This document shows, one piece after another, positions 55,629-62,282 of a stretch of DNA of 64,000 bases. This DNA is from Negativicutes bacterium. Its GTDB lineage: Bacteria > Bacillota > Negativicutes > UBA1444. Each line of letters opens with the position of its first letter. Position 1 is the stretch's first letter. The notes beneath the pieces are model-generated. The model was not told the origin of the DNA. It searched no databases and saw only the letters and a program-made list of their open reading frames with translations. Both the position numbers and the translations under genes were made by a program. The DNA lies in assembly GCA_963665275.2 (NCBI GenBank), contig CAXXIN010000014.1:1-64000 (forward strand), in the 5' to 3' direction.

Positions 55629-55662
55629 CCCCTCCCGCCGAAAAAGCGGGAGGGGCTGGGGG
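55629..55662. repeat. GC-rich REP-like hairpin
   Basis: CCCCTCCCGC-CGAAAAA-GCGGGAGGGG followed by CTGGGGG; no U tract. Confidence 0.6.
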
Positions 55663-55736
55663 TAGGTCCGAGACCCTAGCCGACCGAGGCGATTCCGACA
55701 GGGAAAACTTCCAGTGAGCTGCCGCCACCTGCCGAC

Positions 55737-55843
55737 ACGTCGGATAATAGCCCCACGTTATGTCAACCCGAAGGGCGCGCAGCGAAAGCGAGCGGTAGAC
55801 GCGTAGCGGACTACTTTTGACATAACGTTCTATTATCGGATGG
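55737..55843. other. Inverted pair of dif-like (Xer-type) sites forming a long imperfect hairpin
   Basis: ACGTCGGATAA-10 nt-TTATGTCAACC on plus and CCATCCGATAA-7 nt-TTATGTCAAAA on minus, about 50 nt apart. Confidence 0.6.
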
Positions 55844-56066
55844 GCCGGCATGACTGGGCTGAATGATGGCACCCGTTCCCCCGTCCTCCGGCAGCTACCG
55901 TGGCCGATGGATCGGGCGCGGTGGCTGCTACCCAGGCAGCAACAGACGCTAGGCAGTAACGAGGCGTGATCCGGACCGGGGCAGTATGCGCCGGGGAGGA
56001 TGACGCCGACGGGATAGGGCAGGAATCTGCGGGAGGCGATGCGGTTCCCGGCGGTCTGATGCCAAG

Positions 56067-56101
56067 GCGGCCCGACGAACGGCAAACGGAAGCCCGCCAC
56101 G
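56067..56101. repeat. 35-bp direct repeat, copy 1
   Basis: GCGGCCCGACGAACGGCAAACGGAAGCCCGCCACG, identical to 57943-57977. Confidence 0.95.
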
Positions 56102-56157
56102 TCGGTGGCGGGCTGGAGGCCGGGCTAGGGACGCAAAGCGAGATGGGGACGTTTAAA

Positions 56158-57819
56158 TTATTTGGCTCCATATTGCTTCAGATATTCTATCGTTTTCTTA
56201 AACTCAGGAATATTATATTTTTTGTCACATTCCAGCGCATAGTCGAGAGCACTACGGCGACCCTGGTCAAGGACATGCGGATTAGCGCCCATTTCCAGCA
56301 TTCGTAGGATGATTTCGGGTGGGCCGCCCCAGGCCGCGTACATCAGAGGAGTTTTCCCATATTGATCTTGCACATTAATCGCTGCGCCTCTATCCAGCAG
56401 CAAGTTCATTTTTAACCTTCTGCCACCACCGTGCTTTGCGGCCAAAATTAGGGGAGTTCCGCCCTGATTATCCCGCGCGTTAATATCTGCGCCTGCGTCA
56501 AGCAATATCAGCATTTTCGTGTTGTTATCCATAGTCGTTGATACCATCCACATCAAAGGGGTTCTTCCTTCATCATCCCGCGCATTGACTGCAGCACCCA
56601 TTTCAACAAGTAATTTTGCGATATCCGGCTTATAGGCAGCGCTAGCCTGCATTAATACCGTCGTTCCTTTGTTGTTTTTCGCATGAATATCAGCACCGTG
56701 ATCAATCAACATTTTTGACAAATCGGAAGTCCCGTTTTTCGCGGTAGCATGCAGCAACGGCGTGGATCCTGTTTCGTCCCTGGCGTTGATATCTGCGCCT
56801 GCCTCCATCAGATATTGAATTTTGTTCATGCTTTCTATTTGGCTGGGCCTATGACTACTTTGATACCAACGTACTGCTTCAATAAATGCATTGTTTTTGT
56901 CCGCCGGCGAAAAACGAATCCCTTTGGACAACAAATCTTTGACTGTTTCCAAACTCCCCCGCCCGGCCGCGTAGATCAGAGCCGTTTTCCCGCTGGCATC
57001 TTCAGCCTGGATATCGGCGCCTTGGGCAAGCAATAAATCCACGGCATCCACTTTTCCCGTTTCGGCAGCACTCATAAGTGCGATTTGACCTTGGCTGGTT
57101 TTTGAATTGACATTTGCACCGTTTTCCAACAACAGTTTCATAGCTTCGAGATTTCCTCTGTTACTGGCTACCATCAGCAGCGTATTTTCTGGAAGGGAGA
57201 TGGTTTCCACGCCAGCGAAAGGCTTCTGTCTATATATCTTTACCGTCTTTCCACCACCATCAAGGTTTTTCGCATTCACATCCGCGCCTTTGGCGATCAA
57301 GAGTCTGGCCAGATCCAGGTTGCCTTGCTCCAGCGCAATTCCGAGGGGGGCTTCCCACTGGTTGTTTCTTTCGTTGATGCCGATTCCGCCATAGATCAAG
57401 GGCTTGGCCAGGAATGGATATTCTTTGACGGCCAGTGCCGTTGGCGTTCGGACTCCTTGGGCACCCAGCAAGCAACTGAGGATAGCGCAAGCAAGAGTGA
57501 ATCCTACGAAAATTTTCGCTCGACGTTTGGCTTTCGCATCTTCGGTTAAGGACCGGTAACGGGAGAGCATGTGGCCGCTGACAGGGCAGAGGACTATAAC
57601 AATAAAAACTAAACATAACACGAACCACTCTTCCAAATTCCAAGGCTCATGTTGAGCGATAAAAGCCCAGACAAAATAAGCGATAGGTAAAAGCACAAAG
57701 AATCGAACAACGGTATACCCATCGAAAATCCGTAGATTTTTCAGCGTAGCAATCATAAAGACCAACCAGCAAACAAATACAACACTGAGAAGAGGTGCGA
57801 TCTTCACTAGCAGCAGCAT
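56158..57819 (-). CDS. Membrane-anchored ankyrin-repeat protein
   Basis: About 4 N-terminal TM segments, then about 10 G.TPLM.AA...LL..GADINA repeats; AAGGAG RBS. Confidence 0.92.
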   Translation of the reverse strand: MLLLVKIAPLLSVVFVCWLVFMIATLKNLRIFDGYTVVRFFVLLPIAYFVWAFIAQHEPWNLEEWFVLCLVFIVIVLCPVSGHMLSRYRSLTEDAKAKRRAKIFVGFTLACAILSCLLGAQGVRTPTALAVKEYPFLAKPLIYGGIGINERNNQWEAPLGIALEQGNLDLARLLIAKGADVNAKNLDGGGKTVKIYRQKPFAGVETISLPENTLLMVASNRGNLEAMKLLLENGANVNSKTSQGQIALMSAAETGKVDAVDLLLAQGADIQAEDASGKTALIYAAGRGSLETVKDLLSKGIRFSPADKNNAFIEAVRWYQSSHRPSQIESMNKIQYLMEAGADINARDETGSTPLLHATAKNGTSDLSKMLIDHGADIHAKNNKGTTVLMQASAAYKPDIAKLLVEMGAAVNARDDEGRTPLMWMVSTTMDNNTKMLILLDAGADINARDNQGGTPLILAAKHGGGRRLKMNLLLDRGAAINVQDQYGKTPLMYAAWGGPPEIILRMLEMGANPHVLDQGRRSALDYALECDKKYNIPEFKKTIEYLKQYGAK

Positions 57820-57942
57820 AGCAGCTCCTTTCCAATTGTTGCTATTTTCCGCAGGGTATTTCTGGGTTCCTGCGGACAAAAAGCTTAATTATATAGGACG
57901 ATTGTCCTGTTGTGGACATTGAGTTATTAGTGCGAGGTCAGA

Positions 57943-57977
57943 GCGGCCCGACGAACGGCAAACGGAAGCCCGCCACG
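57943..57977. repeat. 35-bp direct repeat, copy 2
   Basis: Identical to 56067-56101. Confidence 0.95.
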
Positions 57978-58022
57978 GATGTGACGGGCATTACGGATCG
58001 ACGCCGGCAGCATACAGCTCGC

Positions 58023-58217
58023 TCATTGGCGGGCGATACGCAGGCGAACCTGTTGGTCGATTTCGCGGCGGGCTTCCGATAGCGAAAGATGGCCGGACTC
58101 CACGCGGGCGAATATGTGGCGGCTCCATTCCGGAACTGCGGCATTCTCCAGTCGCAAATCGGCGCGGGCCTGGCGCATGGCTTCCGCCACCGGCAGGGTT
58201 GTAATGATCTTTTTCAT
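58023..58217 (-). CDS. VbhA-like antitoxin-family small protein
   Basis: AMRQARADLRLEN....EW......RVESGHLSLSEA resembles the VbhA pattern. Confidence 0.55.
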   Translation of the reverse strand: MKKIITTLPVAEAMRQARADLRLENAAVPEWSRHIFARVESGHLSLSEARREIDQQVRLRIARQ

Positions 58218-58248
58218 CGGCAACACGCCCTTTCTGGCAATAATGTGA

Positions 58249-58292
58249 TATCAAAGTAGTATCAAAGTAGTATCAAAATAGTATCAAAGTGC
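58249..58292. repeat. Four tandem 11-bp repeats
   Basis: TATCAAAGTAG TATCAAAGTAG TATCAAAATAG TATCAAAGTGC. Confidence 0.95.
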
Positions 58293-58370
58293 TACTACTT
58301 TTATAGTATATCATGCCGCAGAGCTGCCATGGAGGAGGGCAGTCAGACGGCGAAAAAAGGAGGCTTTCCC

Positions 58371-59219
58371 ATGCAAAAAAATCAATCACTCGAACGCGTA
58401 TTCCACTTTCAAAACAAGCCGGTGCGAACGCTGGACTTCTTTGGCTCGCTCTGGTTCGTGGCGAAAGATGTCTGCGAAGTTCTCCGAATTCGAACGAATT
58501 CCATCCGGTGCGTCCTGGATGAAGATGAGGTGCGAGCGTTCAATCCCAATGACAATAGTATTGACATTGGGCAAGAGGAAGTCGGGCATGGCGGACGCAA
58601 CATGCTGGTGGTAAGCGAACCCGGACTCTATTCTCTCGTATTGAAATCGCGCAGGCCTGAAGCGCGGCAGTTCAGGCGCTGGATTACCCACGAAGTTATT
58701 CCGGTGCTGCGGGCGGCCGGCAGCTACCAAATGCCAGCTCCTGCCGGGTCGGGTCAACTGTTGCAGTTTTCCCGGCGGGATCTGCTCAATCTGGCGGTGG
58801 AGGCGGAAACCGAATGCGAGGAGCTGCGCGGTGTCGTGGTCGACATGTTGCCCAAGGTTGAATTTTACGACCGGGTGGCGGACACGAGCGCGTCGTTTTC
58901 GCTCGGAGAAACGGCCAAGATGATGGAGATCCCCGGTTTCGGACGCAACAACTTGATCCGGTTCCTGCGGGATGGGGCCGGAGTCCTGATGGCCGACAAC
59001 GTGGCCAAGCAGAAATATATCAACCGAGGCTATTTTCATATCGTACAGAGGGACTACTGCGCGCCGGACGGTACGCCGCGCGTGAAAGCGGTGACGCGGG
59101 TCTATGAAAAAGGCGTCGATTATATCCGACACCTTCTGGATGACGGTGAATACTTGGTTGCTGCAAGCGGTAGCGCAGACAGCAGCCATAGTAGATCCGC
59201 ATCCGAAGGATGGAGGTAA
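58371..59219 (+). CDS. Bro-N / KilA-C (ANT) phage antirepressor
   Basis: WFVAKDVCEVL, VSEPGLYSLVLKSRRPEARQFRRWITHEVIP, PKVEFYD, GRNNL..FLR. Confidence 0.92.
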   Translation: MQKNQSLERVFHFQNKPVRTLDFFGSLWFVAKDVCEVLRIRTNSIRCVLDEDEVRAFNPNDNSIDIGQEEVGHGGRNMLVVSEPGLYSLVLKSRRPEARQFRRWITHEVIPVLRAAGSYQMPAPAGSGQLLQFSRRDLLNLAVEAETECEELRGVVVDMLPKVEFYDRVADTSASFSLGETAKMMEIPGFGRNNLIRFLRDGAGVLMADNVAKQKYINRGYFHIVQRDYCAPDGTPRVKAVTRVYEKGVDYIRHLLDDGEYLVAASGSADSSHSRSASEGWR

Positions 59220-59268
59220 GTGGTGGCAAGCGCCAGCGCAGACAGTGGTCATAGTAGATCCGCATCCG
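59163..59268 (+). repeat. Imperfect 43-bp duplication, 63-bp period
   Basis: GCAAGCG..AGCGCAGACAG..G.CATAGTAGATCCGCATCCG at 59163 and 59226. Confidence 0.85.
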
Positions 59269-59527
59269 GAATGAAGTGAAGGACGAATGAGATCTGGACC
59301 GCGCGAACGCGGGCCGGTAGGGTGGAAACGTAAAACAGCCGCCGCAGGAGAATGCGGCGACTGTTTTGAAGAAGAGGATGATACTCAGGGGCAAGCAAAG
59401 CGACCAGACAGCGCTCGCCAGTATCTACGGGTGCATATCCGTTGATACTTCATTATCTTACACCTGATGCAAGAGGAAGGACAACTTGGATTTTCCTTGG
59501 TATCGGGCAAAAAGGGAGGCATATTTT

Positions 59528-60136
59528 ATGAAAATCTGTATTGATCCGGGGCATAGCGGACCGGTAGAGCCGGGAGCTTGCGCTGGCGGCGCGACAGAGG
59601 CGGCGATTAATCTGCAGGTGGCAAAGATTCTGGGCAAGATGCTCGAGAATGCCGGGCACAAAGTAGTGTTGACGCGGGTTGATGACATCGAGGACATTAC
59701 CTTGACGTGGCGCTGCGAGGTGGCGTGGAAGTTCCGGGCGGATCTTTTTATCTGTATCCACTGCAATGCTCATGAAGATAAGGAGGCGCACGGAACGGAG
59801 ACCTGGTATTACGAGACCAGCGAGCGGGGGCACAATCTGGCGCGCTGCATCCAAGCGGCTATCGTCGCCAACTGCGGCACGACCGATCGGGGTGTGAAGT
59901 CTAAAGATGACTGGACCGTGCTGCAGGGTACCACCTGTCCGGCGGTATTGGTGGAGTTGGCATTCATCACGAATGACGAGGAGCGCGCCCGGTTGACCGA
60001 TCCATTTCTGCAGCGGCAGTTCGCGGTGGGAATCAGCAACGGGATCGAACAGTTCGCCAAGGGCGGCTCGCTGTTCGGCGGCGTGGCGGAGAGGCGACAA
60101 AGCTACGATATACGGGCCTTCGCGCGGAGGCGTTGA
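59528..60136 (+). CDS. N-acetylmuramoyl-L-alanine amidase (Amidase_3, no signal peptide)
   Basis: IDPGH, E...NL, CIHCNA, AVLVELAFITN. Confidence 0.93.
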   Translation: MKICIDPGHSGPVEPGACAGGATEAAINLQVAKILGKMLENAGHKVVLTRVDDIEDITLTWRCEVAWKFRADLFICIHCNAHEDKEAHGTETWYYETSERGHNLARCIQAAIVANCGTTDRGVKSKDDWTVLQGTTCPAVLVELAFITNDEERARLTDPFLQRQFAVGISNGIEQFAKGGSLFGGVAERRQSYDIRAFARRR

Positions 60137-60167
60137 CAGTTTTTCGGCGGTGGATCTATACTTAGTT

Positions 60168-60302
60168 CAGACAAACGAATAGCGCACAGGGGATGGAGCG
60201 CACGCACATGGGTATCCCCGCAGGACTTGCAATCCTTGCGGCTACCATACAGTACCTCCATCCCCATTTATCGGGACACGTCGCCATGGCGTGTCCCTTT
60301 CT
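60168..60302 (+). ncRNA. Candidate structured small RNA
   Basis: Promoter TTGACA-18-TATACT (60133-60162), long hairpin 60189-60265, terminator-like hairpin 60273-60302. Confidence 0.45.
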
Positions 60303-60543
60303 CATGCCCGGCGGCCCATCAAGGCCCATCTACTACGTTACGGCTGTGTTTTTCCTGCTTGCGTACGATCTGTACGCCGCGCAGTAAAAGCCTCGCCGTG
60401 CCTTGTAGCTGAACCTTGCTGAACCGTCGGGCGGAAAAAAGAAGCGGGATGCAGGCACAACCGGAAAACCGGGGCCTCGCGTCCCGTTTTTCATAAATAC
60501 GCAGGGAACGCGCGAAAGCGCTGCCCCGAAAGGAGGGATCCTC

Positions 60544-60768
60544 ATGGCTGTTACTAAAGCGCCCCAGGAATCCCGCATCGGCATCAAAGTCATCAACGGC
60601 GTCAACGCCACCGGGGGCAACGTGTTCAAGACGCTGGGCTTTTCCAATGTGAAGCCCGCCGCGCTGGACCAGGACGTCTACGATGTCGCCGCCAGCCTCG
60701 CAGGACTGCAGGCGAAATCGCTGGTCTCGATCGTGCGAACCGACACCGCCAACCTGATCGGCGAGTAA
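60544..60768 (+). CDS. DUF1659 family protein
   Basis: MAV....S...I....G....G..V.KT..FSNVK..A.DQDVY.VA..LA.LQ pattern; GGAGG RBS. Confidence 0.8.
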   Translation: MAVTKAPQESRIGIKVINGVNATGGNVFKTLGFSNVKPAALDQDVYDVAASLAGLQAKSLVSIVRTDTANLIGE

Positions 60769-60802
60769 CGCCGGCACTAAATTTTAAGGAAAGGAGGGGC
60801 AA

Positions 60803-61018
60803 ATGATGACTCGAACACTCAAACTCGGATTCAAAAATGCGGACGGCAAGGATGTGAACATCCTTGTCGCCGACCCGAAAGACGGCATTACCAAAGTGGA
60901 AGCCGTCGCCGCCCAGACGCTGATCATCGCCCGGAACCTGTTCGCATCGACCGGCGGCGATCTCATCTCGGCGCTCGATCCCGTTGTGTTGACTCAGGAC
61001 ACCACGCTGCTGGCCTAG
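60803..61018 (+). CDS. DUF2922 family protein
   Basis: TL.L.F.NADGK...I.V.DPK..IT..E.......II..N.F...GGDL pattern. Confidence 0.8.
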   Translation: MMTRTLKLGFKNADGKDVNILVADPKDGITKVEAVAAQTLIIARNLFASTGGDLISALDPVVLTQDTTLLA

Positions 61019-61022
61019 TCTC

Positions 61023-61217
61023 ATGGACTGGGCGCAGCTCATCTCCCAAGTGGGATTCCCGATTGCAGTTTCTGCATGGCTTTTGATCCGCCTAGATGAT
61101 CGACTCGGCGCGTTCGAAAAGACCGCCGTGGCGATCTGCCAGCGGCTCGAGGACCAAAGCAACCGCTGCAGTGAATGCAAAGAGTGGAGGCAGCGAAACG
61201 AAAAAATGAAGGCATAA
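61023..61217 (+). CDS. YvrJ family small membrane protein
   Basis: LISQVGFPIAVSAWLLIRLD..L followed by a coiled coil. Confidence 0.8.
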   Translation: MDWAQLISQVGFPIAVSAWLLIRLDDRLGAFEKTAVAICQRLEDQSNRCSECKEWRQRNEKMKA

Positions 61218-61257
61218 GCGCTGACCACGCCATCTTTGCTGAAACAAGCTAAAAATG

Positions 61258-61300
61258 AGGGACACGCTGCCGAAGGAAAGGCAGCTGTCCCGCATTTTTT
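61258..61300 (+). terminator. Terminator after the YvrJ-family gene
   Basis: GGGACA-C-GCTGCC...GGCAGC-TGTCCC followed by GCATTTTTT. Confidence 0.65.
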
Positions 61301-61340
61301 GTCATAAAACAACAATGAAAATAATTGAGGGAAAGAGGTT

Positions 61341-61772
61341 TTGAATATGTTGTTAACAGATGTGACCAAGATTTTGAAAGTACTGCTCGGAGCGTTCGGG
61401 GCTGTGGCCTCCCGCGATGATCTTACCCAGCGCCGGATCGGCCAGATCGGCGAAGTGATCGGCGCGGTGGATGATGTGGCGGCGTATGAGGAAGACAAGG
61501 ACGGTGGGGGTGGGACGATGGCCCAGAGGCGCGTCGAGGAAGCGCATGATATTATCCACCGGGTGGCAGCGATATTGGCGATGGAGGATGAGGGGGAGAA
61601 CGGTGGCGGAGACAATTCTGGCGATGCGGGGCAGGACAATACAGGATTGGAAGCAACTGCCGAGCAGGACGTCATCTCCAGGAAGAATGGTGACGAGCCG
61701 CTGGCTGAAGTTCCTTGGGACGGGACGATCGACGGGGAGACCATTGAGCTGAAGGAAGACGAAGAAGAATAA
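61341..61772 (+). CDS. Hypothetical protein with an acidic C-terminus
   Basis: 143-aa ORF with GAGG RBS; helical N-terminus, D/E-rich tail. Confidence 0.6.
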   Translation: MNMLLTDVTKILKVLLGAFGAVASRDDLTQRRIGQIGEVIGAVDDVAAYEEDKDGGGGTMAQRRVEEAHDIIHRVAAILAMEDEGENGGGDNSGDAGQDNTGLEATAEQDVISRKNGDEPLAEVPWDGTIDGETIELKEDEEE

Positions 61773-61929
61773 CCAAGAAGAAAATCATTGGCTAAATGAA
61801 AATGACTGGCTGGAACAACTTCAGCTGGTCGTTTCGTTTCAGAACACCTGAGCAATGTATTCAAAGATGGCCGATTAGCGTCAGGCGGCAGAGTGATCCG
61901 GAAATTCCGGATAACTGCGTCTGACGTCA

Positions 61930-62008
61930 ACGAGCCGCTGGCCGAGTTCCTGAGGACGGGACACTCGCGGGGGAGACCATCGAGCTAAAGGAAGCTGAAG
62001 AAGAATAG
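61930..62008 (+). repeat. Degenerate copy of the last ~80 bp (61693-61772) of the preceding gene
   Basis: ACGAGCCGCTGGC...GGGGAGACCAT.GAGCT.AAGGAAG..GAAGAAGAATA is shared. Confidence 0.85.
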
Positions 62009-62282
62009 CATAACTGTGCGGGCTACAAATAAGTAGCCTGCTTTTTTTGTCTAAGTAGTATTTGATGGCAGGATTACGAAAGGTTTTCGGGAATCGATTG
62101 AACGAGTACCCGAAATTGCAAGTTGAGTATTTTTCCCACATTGGCTGATGAGAGTGACAGACGATTCCGCTTATTCTACTAATGGGTACAAAAAGTAATA
62201 AAGAATTTTATTTTTAGTATTGTAAATACTAAAAATAAAATGTATGATGTCATCAGATGGTCGATCATGGAGGAAATGGAAA

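Noticed and set aside
56081-56139. c-di-GMP-I riboswitch (GGCAAAC ... GGGACGCAAAGC)
   Set aside because: Spacing and P2 pairing do not fit, there is no GNRA loop/receptor or P3, and no plus-strand gene lies downstream.
58067-58078. 12-nt inverted match between the vbhA-like CDS and the 35-bp repeat
   Set aside because: Short GC-rich match that could be chance.
58249-59268. CRISPR array from the short repeats
   Set aside because: The repeats are tandem without unique spacers, or have only two copies; no cas genes.
60193-60387. 64-aa hydrophobic ORF as a type I toxin
   Set aside because: Weak RBS, start buried in a hairpin, and it crosses a terminator-like structure; the RNA interpretation is preferred but the ORF is not excluded.
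61693-62008. DGR variable/template repeat pair
   Set aside because: Differences are not adenine-specific, include an indel, and no reverse transcriptase is present.
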